Virus genome (UHGV): UHGV-0157394
Direction: 5' to 3' (one strand)
DNA from: a virus
DNA length: 26,072 bases
How positions within the stretch are numbered: the first letter of the stretch is position 1; the number at the start of each line of letters is the position of its first letter. The position numbers and the translations under genes are program-made. The notes beneath the pieces were generated by a model. That model had not been told where the DNA came from and searched no databases. It saw only the letters and a list, made by a program, of their open reading frames with translations. Positions 17,379-26,063 of the stretch are shown piece by piece.

Positions 17379-19112
17379 TTAAAGCGAGCGGATCCCGTAG
17401 GACTCAATGTGATCAGACAGCGTGTCTTCTTTCTCGTACAGCATGGCTCTGCCAACCGCCATAATCAGCGCAACTGCACCGTCAATTTTGTTTTCCGCCT
17501 GCTCTTTGACGGGTTTCACCACATCATCGTTACCCGGCATGTTTTTGCCGACCACGTTGCCGATACACCAGGTCATGATGGGATTGCCGTCATGATGAAA
17601 ACGTCCCGATTCAATCGCTGCTTCCAGCTCTTTCATCGGATCGGACATATTGGTGAAGTTCTGGAAGATAGTGACGGGATTCAGGTCTTCATCAGCAAGG
17701 TCATGTGACAGCCCGGTCGCCCCGAAGGGGTCGATGGGTGACTCGCTGACCGGGCTGATTTTGTTCGCCGCTTTGGCCTCTTCGAGGATGTAGCGATAAT
17801 CCACCTCTGCACCATCGGTAACGGTCAGGACGCCCATTTCCACCCATTTCTGAAAGCGTTCGGCTGTCCGGCGATCTTCATTTTTCTCGACGCTGTACAC
17901 CGTGTCATACGGTACCCAGAAACGCGGGGCCACACTGTAGTAATGCGTTTTACCGTCAATCTCGCGGGTATAAAGTCGCGCCATGCTGTTCATATCCAGT
18001 TTACGCGCCAGGTCAAAGGCCAGAATGCACGGCTGCCCCTCGAATTGCTCAAGAGTCAGTGATTTATCCTCGCAGCTCTGCCAGCTCACCAGGTTGAAAT
18101 ACGCCGAACGCGCCGACACCCAGATATTGAGGTGTTTTGTTTTAAAGACGTTTGCCAGACGGGCGTTATTTTTCGCACGCTGTTGCTGACTTAACAAAAA
18201 CTCACGGTAAACCGACACCCCGATATTCGGGTTGGCTTTTTCCAGCACCTGTGGGTTGGTCCAGTCGTCACCTTCGTCAACGGTATAGATGATCCCGAAC
18301 AGTTCATCGTTGGGTACCGAACCGTTGAGCATCTCGATAACTTCCCGCCGTTTGTCGTAGCACGGCCCCTCAATGTTGTACCCGGCAGTAGTAATGGCCC
18401 ACATCAGTGGCTGACGTCGCGCCCCCATCCCGGTAAGCATCGTGGTGTAAAGCGCATCGGTGGCGTGCTCGTGATATTCATCCACCACCGCACAGTGGGG
18501 TGATGATCCATCACCGGGGTTACCGATCAGCGGTTCAAACCGCGCGCCATCCTCCGGACGGTTCATGTTTGAGGCGTTAACCTCAATCCCGAACGCTTCC
18601 GTCAGCATGGGTGTGCGTTTACACATCAGTCGCGCCGGGCGAAAGACTTCCCACGCCTGTTTCTCTGTCGTGGCACCGGAATACACTTCCGCGCCAAACT
18701 CGTTATCACAGGCAAAACAATACAGGGCGACACCGGCAGAGATTGCCGATTTGCCGTTCTTACGGGGGATTTCGGTATACACCTCACGGAAGCGGCGCAG
18801 CCGGGAGCCTTTATTGACCCAGCCAAACGCGCAGCAGATCACAAAGAGCTGCCACGGCTCCAGCGTGATGGGCATCCTCTTAAATGCCCACTCACCCTTG
18901 GTGTGCGGCAACAGCTGAATAAATTTGGCGGCCCGTTCAGCCAGGTCCTTGTCGAAGCGGTAACGAAACGACTTACTTTTTTCCGCCATCAGGTCATCAA
19001 GATGGCGCTGGCAGGCCTGAATCACAAACTGGCAGGCCACAATCTTTCCCCGCACGACATCACGGGCATACTGATTGGCAGCATTTACGTTGGGGTAAGA
19101 TTTCCGGCTCAT
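17379..19112 (-). CDS. Terminase large subunit
   Basis: 577 aa; size and position typical of HK97-like terminase. Confidence 0.95.
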   Translation of the reverse strand: MSRKSYPNVNAANQYARDVVRGKIVACQFVIQACQRHLDDLMAEKSKSFRYRFDKDLAERAAKFIQLLPHTKGEWAFKRMPITLEPWQLFVICCAFGWVNKGSRLRRFREVYTEIPRKNGKSAISAGVALYCFACDNEFGAEVYSGATTEKQAWEVFRPARLMCKRTPMLTEAFGIEVNASNMNRPEDGARFEPLIGNPGDGSSPHCAVVDEYHEHATDALYTTMLTGMGARRQPLMWAITTAGYNIEGPCYDKRREVIEMLNGSVPNDELFGIIYTVDEGDDWTNPQVLEKANPNIGVSVYREFLLSQQQRAKNNARLANVFKTKHLNIWVSARSAYFNLVSWQSCEDKSLTLEQFEGQPCILAFDLARKLDMNSMARLYTREIDGKTHYYSVAPRFWVPYDTVYSVEKNEDRRTAERFQKWVEMGVLTVTDGAEVDYRYILEEAKAANKISPVSESPIDPFGATGLSHDLADEDLNPVTIFQNFTNMSDPMKELEAAIESGRFHHDGNPIMTWCIGNVVGKNMPGNDDVVKPVKEQAENKIDGAVALIMAVGRAMLYEKEDTLSDHIESYGIRSL

Positions 19113-19612
19113 GATTCGATGATTTTCAGAAACGGGTTAGTGGCTTTCTTCTGCCCCGCCAGGCCTATCAGACGCTGGCGGCTGCTGGGGTCGAGTCCGA
19201 GCATTGCCCCCGTGCTGCTCATCTCGGACTCCTGTTCTTTCTTGGCGGTCAGCTCCGGGTTTTTGACCCTGCCGCCCATTGCACCGGTGATGGTGTTGCC
19301 CTGGCTGGCAATATTTTTCACGGCACGTCGCCAGAACTCATAGGCCACGCACCACCGCTCAAGTACCGCCAGGTCAGTCACGCACAGCAGGCCCTGACCG
19401 CAGAGTTCTTTGGTTGTCAGTTGCCACATGATCGTGGCGAGAGGGAGATCTTCTTCTGCGAACCACTCCGGTGGCTCAACACCTTTGATGGGCGTAAAAA
19501 CAGGTTCATCTTTGTTCAGGGCTCGCTTGCCGGGGTTTCCGGCCAGCGCCTTGCGCGCCGTTGGCTTGGGGCGACGCCCGGAACGCCCCGCCGTTCCAGC
19601 CATATGCGGCAC
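19109..19612 (-). CDS. Terminase small subunit (P27/HK97 gp1 family)
   Basis: 167 aa; N-terminal ...[26 protein letters not shown] motif. Confidence 0.9.
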   Translation of the reverse strand: MPHMAGTAGRSGRRPKPTARKALAGNPGKRALNKDEPVFTPIKGVEPPEWFAEEDLPLATIMWQLTTKELCGQGLLCVTDLAVLERWCVAYEFWRRAVKNIASQGNTITGAMGGRVKNPELTAKKEQESEMSSTGAMLGLDPSSRQRLIGLAGQKKATNPFLKIIES

Positions 19613-19649
19613 TCCTGGTTAAATTTCATTTTTCGCGGGTATAAAAAAA

Positions 19650-19705
19650 CGATGGGGCGGGCAGTCCGGAAGACGTCAGGTCACAGGGATTTGACCCGCC
19701 CCTCC
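19650..19705. other. Candidate cos / packaging-recognition region (nested inverted repeats)
   Basis: GGGGCGGG (19654-19661) and CCCGCCCC (19695-19702) flank GGTCA...TGACC, between HNH endonuclease and terminase small subunit. Confidence 0.3.
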
Positions 19706-19728
19706 CCTCAGACAGTTGAGAATTATTA

Positions 19729-20079
19729 TCACTTTAACCGTTCACGGGCCGTCTTCGCCTTATGGCAGGGCCAGCACAGACTCTGCAGATTACTGTCGGC
19801 ATCGGTGCCGCCATGCGCTTTAGGGATGATGTGGTCAACGGTTTTAGCTTCACGCACCACACCGGCACGCAGACATAACTGACACAGGCCTTTGTCACGT
19901 TTCAGGACACGTGCGCGGATAACATCCCACTTCGAACCATAACCGCGCTGATGCCTTGATTGTCCTGATTTGTAGGATTTCCAGCCTTCGCCTTTGTGCG
20001 ACTCACAGTAACCTGATGGGTCTGTTGTCGTGGAACGGCAGCCGCGAACACGGCAAGCTTTTGGTGTTCGAGGTGGCAT
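19729..20079 (-). CDS. HNH endonuclease (terminase-associated, HK97 gp74-like)
   Basis: 116 aa with Cys pairs and DHIIPKAHGG...N...CHK HNH motif; immediately upstream of terminase genes. Confidence 0.9.
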   Translation of the reverse strand: MPPRTPKACRVRGCRSTTTDPSGYCESHKGEGWKSYKSGQSRHQRGYGSKWDVIRARVLKRDKGLCQLCLRAGVVREAKTVDHIIPKAHGGTDADSNLQSLCWPCHKAKTARERLK

Positions 20080-20091
20080 TTTAACTCCAAT

Positions 20092-20120
20092 AAAAAACCG
20101 CCCGGAGGCGGTTATAGTTT
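20092..20120 (-). terminator. Intrinsic terminator after the 92-aa moron gene
   Basis: ACCGCC-tccg-GGCGGT stem followed by TTTTTTATT on the minus strand; overlaps the stop codon of the 20112..20390 gene. Confidence 0.6.
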
Positions 20121-20390
20121 TTTGTATGGCTTTGGCTTTGGGTTGCCATGCCTGATGTGCGACTTAATCACATCGTCGCTTGGCCTGCGTCCGTTAACTC
20201 CGATCAGATAAATCTCGTCATCCACCTGGAATTCAAAGATCTGATACTCCACATCGGGGATGACCGCCACGCCACCAACCATTTCCCGAGCCTTCACTTG
20301 ACAGTCCGGAACCTTGATCGTCAACTCATGCCTTTCAACGTGGCAAACCGAACCAAAACGCCCAGCGCCGAACACAACTACGTCGAACAT
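20112..20390 (-). CDS. Moron gene: small protein of unknown function (92 aa from the ATG start)
   Basis: Strong RBS GGAGG 5 nt upstream of ATG at 20390 (the track starts at an upstream GTG); own extended -10 promoter and own terminator; AT-rich upstream region. Confidence 0.65.
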   Translation of the reverse strand: MFDVVVFGAGRFGSVCHVERHELTIKVPDCQVKAREMVGGVAVIPDVEYQIFEFQVDDEIYLIGVNGRRPSDDVIKSHIRHGNPKPKPYKKL

Positions 20391-20419
20391 ATGCACCTCC
20401 TTTCCATTGATGCCTGATA

Positions 20420-20430
20420 ATTATATCACA
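20420..20430 (-). promoter_or_regulatory. Candidate extended -10 promoter (TGtgaTATAAT) for the 92-aa gene
   Basis: Consensus TATAAT with upstream TG in the AT-rich spacer, about 30 nt upstream of the ATG. Confidence 0.4.
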
Positions 20431-20520
20431 ATGAAAATAAAGGATTTTATGTCAACCACAATAAAAATTGAGATGTTCATCACCATTATCAAGCCCACCA
20501 GCAGATGAGCTTTGTAATGG

Positions 20521-20778
20521 CTACTTCGCTTTTGCTTCCGCTCGCTTACGCCGGCGCTCTTCTTTCCTCTCGGCTTTTGCCATGTCCATGAATGCCTGCA
20601 TGATCGAGTTCCGCATCATGTAGCTAACAAAGTGATGATTGACACAGCCGTTGAGGCGCAGCTGCTCGCCAAACTCATCCACCGAGGCCAATGCTTCCAT
20701 CATGCCCTTCTCGCCTTTCATGAACTCTGAGAAGTCGCGCCCCGCTCTGGAGGCGCATTCTATTATTCGGGTGCTCAT
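20521..20778 (-). CDS. Small protein of unknown function (85 aa from internal ATG; highly basic Lys/Arg-rich C-terminal tail)
   Basis: ORF beginning 2 nt after the KilA-N gene stop (probable translational coupling); the track's upstream start at 20838 would overlap the KilA-N gene. Confidence 0.5.
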   Translation of the reverse strand: MSTRIIECASRAGRDFSEFMKGEKGMMEALASVDEFGEQLRLNGCVNHHFVSYMMRNSIMQAFMDMAKAERKEERRRKRAEAKAK

Positions 20779-20780
20779 GA

Positions 20781-21509
20781 TCAGGCCGCCGCATAGAGCA
20801 ATTTCATCTGCCCTTTCACCTGGAATGCCGACATGCAACGCGCTTCGAAATCACGATAATCAGAGCACCCATTGGCAATGCTGGTAACGGCAATGATCTG
20901 TCGCTCAACCAATGTCAGCGCGTCAGGTTTAAGGTGCTGATGGATTTTGTCTCCCGTAGCCAGCCGTCTTTTAACCTCTGCATATACTTCTGGTGGTAAT
21001 ACCGGGCCATATACCCACTTGGCACTGATCATCCCAAATAGTGCGGGGCGACGACCTGGTCGATGACGGGGCAGCCCTGACATTTTGAACATCGCAGAAT
21101 AAAACGGATCGCTAAACCTCTTTTCCCATGGCTGAGATTTATCCAGAAGGAAAATAGCCTTTATTCTTTCATCGTCGATATGATGAACGGAACCCTGAAT
21201 GATTGCGTCAATTTGCTCATCACACCAGATCTCAAAATCTACAGAAAGCCATCGAGCAAATCTGACCGCCAGTTTTGGGTGAAGCCATGTTCCGCCACCA
21301 CGATCTTTGCGAGCGCGGCTGGTTTTTACATATGTGATATTCCCATATCTACTCTTTAACGCCTCGATGTAACGGACAGTCTCAGGAAGCCTAAGCCACT
21401 GAGCCGGCTCCTTGTTGAACTTGTCAGCTGCCGCAGTCGCGTCAAACCAGCCATCGTCAGAAAAACGCATGGGATGGCCTTCGAAATCAATCGGGATGAT
21501 ATTGGACAT
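20781..21509 (-). CDS. KilA-N domain protein with an unassigned C-terminal domain
   Basis: IPIDFEGHPMRF...GGTWLHPKLAVRFARWLSVDFEIWC matches the KilA-N hallmark; likely start is the ATG at 21509 with AAAGG RBS rather than the track's 21584. Confidence 0.75.
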   Translation of the reverse strand: MSNIIPIDFEGHPMRFSDDGWFDATAAADKFNKEPAQWLRLPETVRYIEALKSRYGNITYVKTSRARKDRGGGTWLHPKLAVRFARWLSVDFEIWCDEQIDAIIQGSVHHIDDERIKAIFLLDKSQPWEKRFSDPFYSAMFKMSGLPRHRPGRRPALFGMISAKWVYGPVLPPEVYAEVKRRLATGDKIHQHLKPDALTLVERQIIAVTSIANGCSDYRDFEARCMSAFQVKGQMKLLYAAA

Positions 21510-21659
21510 CGTATTTACCTTTTTGGTGATATGAGCCAGTTCTCGCAGACATGGACAGCCCAAGAGCGGCACGATGTAAGCCACCGTCCTGTCTCTGTCT
21601 CATATCCCGAAAAGCTCTTGGTTGATATGCGCACGAGAATGCGCGTTTACTGCGGACAT

Positions 21660-21683
21660 AAAAAAGCCCCGCATCGCGAGGCT
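21660..21683 (-). terminator. Intrinsic terminator downstream of the lysis cassette
   Basis: AGCCUCGC-gau-GCGGGGCU stem (one G-U pair) followed by UUUUUUAUG on the minus strand. Confidence 0.55.
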
Positions 21684-21714
21684 CATTAAATGGACTTTGT
21701 GATTTGCAAAAAAA

Positions 21715-22152
21715 TTATTTCAGGCACTGAGTCCTGATGTACTCCTGCAGGTAGTTAACCTGCGCGGTTATCCTGTCGATTCCACTTCGGAGACGGTAAT
21801 AATTGAGTTCAGCATCTGCTGTAAGTCCTGGGCTTTCTCCATCGCCCATGCCGCTGGCTCCGGTCGTTGACTTTGCACAGGTGGCGGCGACTTGCAGGCG
21901 CTTACGACCAGCAGAAACATCAGCACGGAGGCTTTCGATAGTCGCGTTAGCATCAGCAAGCTCCTTTGTGTATCTGGCATCGAGTTCTGCTACGTCACGT
22001 TGACGCTTCTGCATGTCAGCGATTGTGGATGTGGCTTTATCGCGCTGTTCTTTGTAGGCGATGGCGTTATCACGGTAATGATTAACCGCCCATGACAGGC
22101 AGACGATGATGCAGATAACCAGAGCGGAGATAATCGCGGTTACTCTGCTCAT
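21715..22152 (-). CDS. Rz: Spanin inner-membrane subunit Rz
   Basis: N-terminal [31 protein letters not shown] near-identical to lambda Rz; remainder diverged. Confidence 0.9.
   Translation of the reverse strand: MSRVTAIISALVICIIVCLSWAVNHYRDNAIAYKEQRDKATSTIADMQKRQRDVAELDARYTKELADANATIESLRADVSAGRKRLQVAATCAKSTTGASGMGDGESPGLTADAELNYYRLRSGIDRITAQVNYLQEYIRTQCLK
21768..21953 (-). CDS. Rz1: Spanin outer-membrane lipoprotein Rz1, embedded in Rz in the +1 frame
   Basis: Embedded ORF with lipobox-like LVVSAC followed by a Pro-rich segment; exact start among several Met codons is uncertain. Confidence 0.6.
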   Translation of the reverse strand: MLTRLSKASVLMFLLVVSACKSPPPVQSQRPEPAAWAMEKAQDLQQMLNSIITVSEVESTG

Positions 22153-22625
22153 ACCTCAATCTCTCTGACCGTTCCACCTGCTTCTTTGAATTTTGCAATC
22201 AGGCTGTCTGCCTTATGCTCGAACTGACCATAACCAGCACCCGGCAGTGAAGCCCAGATATTGCTGCAACGGTCGATTGCCTGACGGATATCGCCGCGAT
22301 CAATCATCGGTAAAGCGCCACGCTCCTTAATCTGCTGCAATGCCACAGCGTCCTGGCTTTTGGGAGAGAAGTCTTTCAGGCCAAGCTGCTTGCGGTAGGC
22401 ATCCCACCAACGGGAAAGAAGCTGGTAGCGTCCTGCGGCTGTTGATTTGAGTTTGGGGTTTAGCGTGACAAGTTTGCGAGGGTGATCGGAGTAATCAGTG
22501 AATAGCTCTCCTCCTACAATGACGTCATAACCATGATTTCTGGTTTTCTGACGTCCGTTATCAGTTCCCTCTGACCATGCCAGCATATCGAGGAACGCCT
22601 TACGTTGATTATTGATTTCCACCAT
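22149..22625 (-). CDS. R: Endolysin R (lytic transglycosylase)
   Basis: 158 aa, essentially identical to lambda R as recalled. Confidence 0.95.
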   Translation of the reverse strand: MVEINNQRKAFLDMLAWSEGTDNGRQKTRNHGYDVIVGGELFTDYSDHPRKLVTLNPKLKSTAAGRYQLLSRWWDAYRKQLGLKDFSPKSQDAVALQQIKERGALPMIDRGDIRQAIDRCSNIWASLPGAGYGQFEHKADSLIAKFKEAGGTVREIEV

Positions 22626-22932
22626 CTTCTACTCCGGCTTTTTTAGCAGCGAAGCGTTTGATAAGCGAACCAATCGAGTCAGTACCGATGTAGCCGATGA
22701 ACACGCTCGTTATATAAGCGAGATTGCTACTTAGTCCGGCGAGGTCGAGAAGATCACGAATGAACCAGGCGATAATGGCGCACATCGTTGCGTCGATTAC
22801 TGTTTTTGTAAACGCACCGCCATTATATCTGCCGCGAAGGTACGCCATTGCAAACGCAAGGATTGCCCCGATGCCTTGTTCCTTTGCCGCGAGAATGGCG
22901 GCTAACAGGTCATTTTTTTCTGGCATCTTCAT
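22609..22932 (-). CDS. S: Holin S (class I, dual-start S107/S105)
   Basis: [39 protein letters not shown]... near-identical to lambda S, including Met1-Lys2-Met3. Confidence 0.95.
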   Translation of the reverse strand: MKMPEKNDLLAAILAAKEQGIGAILAFAMAYLRGRYNGGAFTKTVIDATMCAIIAWFIRDLLDLAGLSSNLAYITSVFIGYIGTDSIGSLIKRFAAKKAGVEDGGNQ

Positions 22933-23230
22933 GTCTTACCCCCAATAAGGGGATTTGCTCTATTTAATTAGGAATAAGGTCGGTTACTGATAGAACAAAT
23001 CCAGGCTACTGTGTTTAGTAATCAGATTTGTTCGTGACCGATATGCACGGGCAAAACGGCATGAGGTTGTTAGCGCAACCTCTTGCCACCCGCTTTCACG
23101 AAGCCAGCCATTGAGCTGGTTTTCTTTTATGCAAAGCACACCGCACCGTAGCCACAGCGGATAAGGTGATTATTTTTGTCTGTCTGGTATTTGGTTTGAT
23201 GTGCTTTCAGAAAGGCCGTGCTTAAAACGC

Positions 23231-23262
23231 AAAAAGCCCCGAGCTATTAACTCAGGGCTTTA
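23231..23262 (-). terminator. Intrinsic terminator about 30-60 nt downstream of the pR' start (tR'-like)
   Basis: AGCCCUGAG-uuaauag-CUCGGGGCU stem then UUUUUGCG on the minus strand. Confidence 0.6.
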
Positions 23263-23294
23263 TTTAACGAGTGCATTTATCCATCGTTGAGTCA

Positions 23295-23323
23295 AATTTA
23301 CCCAACTTTATTCAAAAAGTCAA
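23295..23323 (-). promoter_or_regulatory. Late promoter pR' with overlapping qut region (TTGACT, 17 bp, TAAATT)
   Basis: TTGACTTTTTGAATAAAGTTGGGTAAATTTGACTCAACGATGG on the minus strand matches lambda pR'/qut as recalled, directly downstream of Q. Confidence 0.75.
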
Positions 23324-23365
23324 TATTATGCCGTTAATATGTTGCCATCCGTGGCAATCATGCTG

Positions 23366-23989
23366 CTAACGTGTGACCGCGTTCAAAATGTTGTCTGCGA
23401 TTGACTCTTCTTTGTGGCATTGCACCACCAGAGCGTCATACAGCGGCTTAACAGTGCGTGACCAGGTGGGTTGGGTAAGGTTTGGTACTAGCATCGTCAC
23501 AGCGCGATATGCAGCGCTTGCTGGCATTCTTGAATAACCGACGCCTTTGCATCTTCCGCATTCTTTCTCAACAACTCTCCCCCACTGCTCTGTTTTTGCT
23601 ATATCAACCGCACGGCCTGTACCGTGGCAATCTCTGCATCTTGCGCCCGGCGTCGCGGCACTACGGCAATAATCCGCATAAGCGAATGTTGCGAGCACTT
23701 GCAGTACCTTTGCCTTAGTATTTCCTTCGAGCTTTGCCACACCACGGTATTTCCCCGATACCTTGTGTGCAAATTGCATCAGATAGTTGATAGCCTTTTG
23801 TTTGTCGTTCTGGCTGAGTTCGTGCTTACCGCAGAATGCAGCCATACCGAATCCGGCTTGTGATTGCGCCATCCCCATAGCAGCCATCACATCAGTACCG
23901 GAAAGGGAGTCAGAAGCCGTGGCCCGTGGTGAGTCGCTCATCATCGGGCTTTTTGGCGAATGAAATTTAGCTACGCTTTCGAGTCTCAT
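23366..23989 (-). CDS. Q: Late gene antiterminator Q (lambda type)
   Basis: 207 aa, essentially identical to lambda Q over its whole length, including the zinc-binding Cys cluster. Confidence 0.97.
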   Translation of the reverse strand: MRLESVAKFHSPKSPMMSDSPRATASDSLSGTDVMAAMGMAQSQAGFGMAAFCGKHELSQNDKQKAINYLMQFAHKVSGKYRGVAKLEGNTKAKVLQVLATFAYADYCRSAATPGARCRDCHGTGRAVDIAKTEQWGRVVEKECGRCKGVGYSRMPASAAYRAVTMLVPNLTQPTWSRTVKPLYDALVVQCHKEESIADNILNAVTR

Positions 23990-24174
23990 CGTCTTCCCCT
24001 CTTGCCCTGTTTGACCATCAGGACGCCGTTAACTATTACGTGACGCTCACCTTTGCTGTCTCGGTTGTACTTGAGCACTGTTCCTCTTGCGCAGGAAAGC
24101 ATCCTTGCCACTTCGGTCTGATTGCCTCGTGTCTGGATAAGAAGCTCTGGTATCGTTTGAATTGTGGCGTTCAT
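23986..24174 (-). CDS. ninH: NinH
   Basis: 62 aa with NQTEVAR...C.RGTV.KY...G..H.IVN.VLMV pattern matching lambda NinH. Confidence 0.85.
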   Translation of the reverse strand: MNATIQTIPELLIQTRGNQTEVARMLSCARGTVLKYNRDSKGERHVIVNGVLMVKQGKRGRR

Positions 24175-24533
24175 GCGTTCTCCAGTTCGGTGATTTTTAT
24201 TCCAAGCCTTCCGCCTGGTACTTTCACACCACGAATTACGCGAATGTCATCGAATTGCTCGTCGTCTTCCGCAAATCCGGCGTGGATAAGGGAGTCGAGT
24301 AAACCCTTCAGGATGTTATCGAGGTCGCGGCGGCGGGAGTCTGGAACGTCTGCGATGACTTTGATGCGGAGTCGTGATTTGGTGAAAATGTCTAACTTAA
24401 GTTGGCGGATGATTTGCTGAACGTCTTTTCGGTATTTCTGGCCTTTATCGCTGATGTAGTATTGGCTTCCCCGTCTTCGCCAGTAGGTGTTCACCGACGG
24501 CGGGTATGGAAGCACAAACTGATATTCGTTCAT
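24171..24533 (-). CDS. rusA: Holliday junction resolvase RusA
   Basis: 120 aa; MNEYQFVLPYPPSVN...RRRDLDN...KITELENA typical of RusA. Confidence 0.9.
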   Translation of the reverse strand: MNEYQFVLPYPPSVNTYWRRRGSQYYISDKGQKYRKDVQQIIRQLKLDIFTKSRLRIKVIADVPDSRRRDLDNILKGLLDSLIHAGFAEDDEQFDDIRVIRGVKVPGGRLGIKITELENA

Positions 24534-24820
24534 GACTTAATCTTCCCCTCCTTCAGCAGTATCGCCTGCGTCCTGATCACGCCTTCGAGGTGGTAAAGTC
24601 TGGCGTCTTTGTTGTCGAGGTTATGGGTGCGTCGGTCGATCTCCGCGTGGCAGTCACTACAAGCCCATGCGCCGATCAGGTCGTCAGGCTTCATTCCCGT
24701 TCCGCAAATTCCAGCCATCCGGTAATGTGCCAGAACTGTAGTTTCAGGATTGCCATTGCATACGCCGTAAATACGTACCTGGCATTCTCTGTTGCGCGCT
24801 TCTTTGCGTAGGTTAGCCAT
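24530..24820 (-). CDS. ybcO: YbcO-like protein (DUF1364, putative nuclease)
   Basis: 96 aa; RECQVRI.GVCNGNPETTVLAH...CSDCH...DRRTH matches DLP12 YbcO. Confidence 0.8.
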   Translation of the reverse strand: MANLRKEARNRECQVRIYGVCNGNPETTVLAHYRMAGICGTGMKPDDLIGAWACSDCHAEIDRRTHNLDNKDARLYHLEGVIRTQAILLKEGKIKS

Positions 24821-25542
24821 TAAGCAGCCTCCCCTGTTACTTTCAGCATTCCGTTATCGAGCAGCTTTCTGGTCAGCCACTGTTGACCACGCCCGGTGAT
24901 TTTTGTGGTGAACGATATCTGTATTCCGTGATTTGTGTTGACCGCTGTTTCTTTCACTGTGAAATAGCCGCGATCCATATATTCCTGCATTGGCACATTG
25001 CGCCGGGAACCTGAAGCAATAAGGATTTTGTGATCACGCATCCACGCAAACAGTTTGTTTGGACCAATACCGACAACCTTTGCAAAGTTTCCAATCAAAA
25101 TTCCGCTGGCCTCGCCAACGCGATCGGCAAACTCAACTTTAGGTGCGGCAATTGCGAGCTGGTTTTCCAGTTGCATTTTCTGCTCAGCAAGATCAGCAGC
25201 AAGGCGCAACGCTTCTGGTAGCGTTTTGGGGATATTAACCGCAGTTTCTTCAAGCTCTCGCCAACGGTCAACAAGGCGAGCCGTGAATTCCGGCGACAAC
25301 TGGGCAACGACAATAATGCTGTCGCGCTTACCTTGTTCGCCTTCGAAGACGTAAGCCTCGACACTACGGCGCAGTCCTAAGTTATTGATTTTTTCGAAAA
25401 CCTGCAATGCAGGAAGTTGAATAACTCCAGATTTAGCCAGGCGCTCTATTGATATTTTTACGTTATCTGGACGACTTCCCACCAACTCAGCGATTTCAAT
25501 GCTTGTCATTTTGATGGCATTGTCATTTATTAACTCATTCAT
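24820..25542 (-). CDS. Antirepressor-like regulatory protein (Rha-type N-terminal domain plus KilA-C/ANT C-terminal domain)
   Basis: 240-aa ORF in the nin region; N-terminus MTSIEIAELVG...DNV Rha-like, C-terminus KilAC-like. Confidence 0.75.
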   Translation of the reverse strand: MNELINDNAIKMTSIEIAELVGSRPDNVKISIERLAKSGVIQLPALQVFEKINNLGLRRSVEAYVFEGEQGKRDSIIVVAQLSPEFTARLVDRWRELEETAVNIPKTLPEALRLAADLAEQKMQLENQLAIAAPKVEFADRVGEASGILIGNFAKVVGIGPNKLFAWMRDHKILIASGSRRNVPMQEYMDRGYFTVKETAVNTNHGIQISFTTKITGRGQQWLTRKLLDNGMLKVTGEAA

Positions 25543-25711
25543 CGTCTTCTTCCTCGTACATTGAGCTATTCGGATCGCTCATCAGTTCTGCGCAGCAGTG
25601 CTCACACACGTGAACTTCCAGCACATGCAGCTTCTGACCGCAGTTAGCGCACGTTAAAGCTCGCTCGACGCTTTCTTTCTGGTATTGAAGGGATTGGGAT
25701 GGGCTAAGCAT
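25535..25711 (-). CDS. ninF: NinF
   Basis: Not in the ORF track (58 aa); hand-translated as MLSPSQSLQYQKESVERALTCANCGQKLHVLEVHVCEHCCAELMSDPNSSMYEEEDDE, near-identical to lambda NinF. Confidence 0.8.
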   Translation of the reverse strand: MLSPSQSLQYQKESVERALTCANCGQKLHVLEVHVCEHCCAELMSDPNSSMYEEEDDE

Positions 25712-26063
25712 TATTGGCGTCCTGCATCATGAGAAAGACAATCATGGCGGCGCGGAGGGAATTTTCATGTATAGCTCGCTTAGATTTACAGTCGGCCACA
25801 CCACGTGCACCCCACTCGTCTTCATCGAGATTGATAATGCTAATCCTGTACTTCTCAATAATCGGCCATGAGGCGCTAGGATCATTGCAGTAGTCAGGTA
25901 AAGGGTTTAATGGCTCAAAAGTTGTATCAGCGTTTCCGTAATACCATTTGTTGGTATTATTCCCTGACGTTTCCGGCTTACATGCCCAAAGGCCCTTAAA
26001 AATTATGTCTCCTACCATTCTGTTAATTTCAAAATCACTTAACTGTGAATAATCCATTGTCAT
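25704..26063 (-). CDS. Hypothetical nin-region protein (119 aa)
   Basis: ORF with GAGG RBS, 8-nt overlap with ninF start (coupled); somewhat lower GC than neighbours; no family recognised. Confidence 0.55.
   Translation of the reverse strand: MTMDYSQLSDFEINRMVGDIIFKGLWACKPETSGNNTNKWYYGNADTTFEPLNPLPDYCNDPSASWPIIEKYRISIINLDEDEWGARGVADCKSKRAIHENSLRAAMIVFLMMQDANNA

Noticed and set aside
19410-19882. Plus-strand ORFs 19410..19622 and 19421..19882 spanning the cos candidate
   Set aside because: They overlap the terminase small subunit and HNH genes in antisense and have an Arg/Ser-rich shadow-ORF composition
20396-20838. Upstream GTG/ATG starts given by the ORF track for the 94-aa and 105-aa ORFs
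   Set aside because: Internal ATG starts at 20390 and 20778 have better RBS spacing and avoid overlap with the upstream gene, so the shorter forms are preferred
22933-23365. tRNA genes or a toxin gene (stx-like) between Q and S
   Set aside because: The interval is only 433 bp and is accounted for by pR', terminator hairpins and lambda-like S leader sequence; no cloverleaf-like or coding signal was seen
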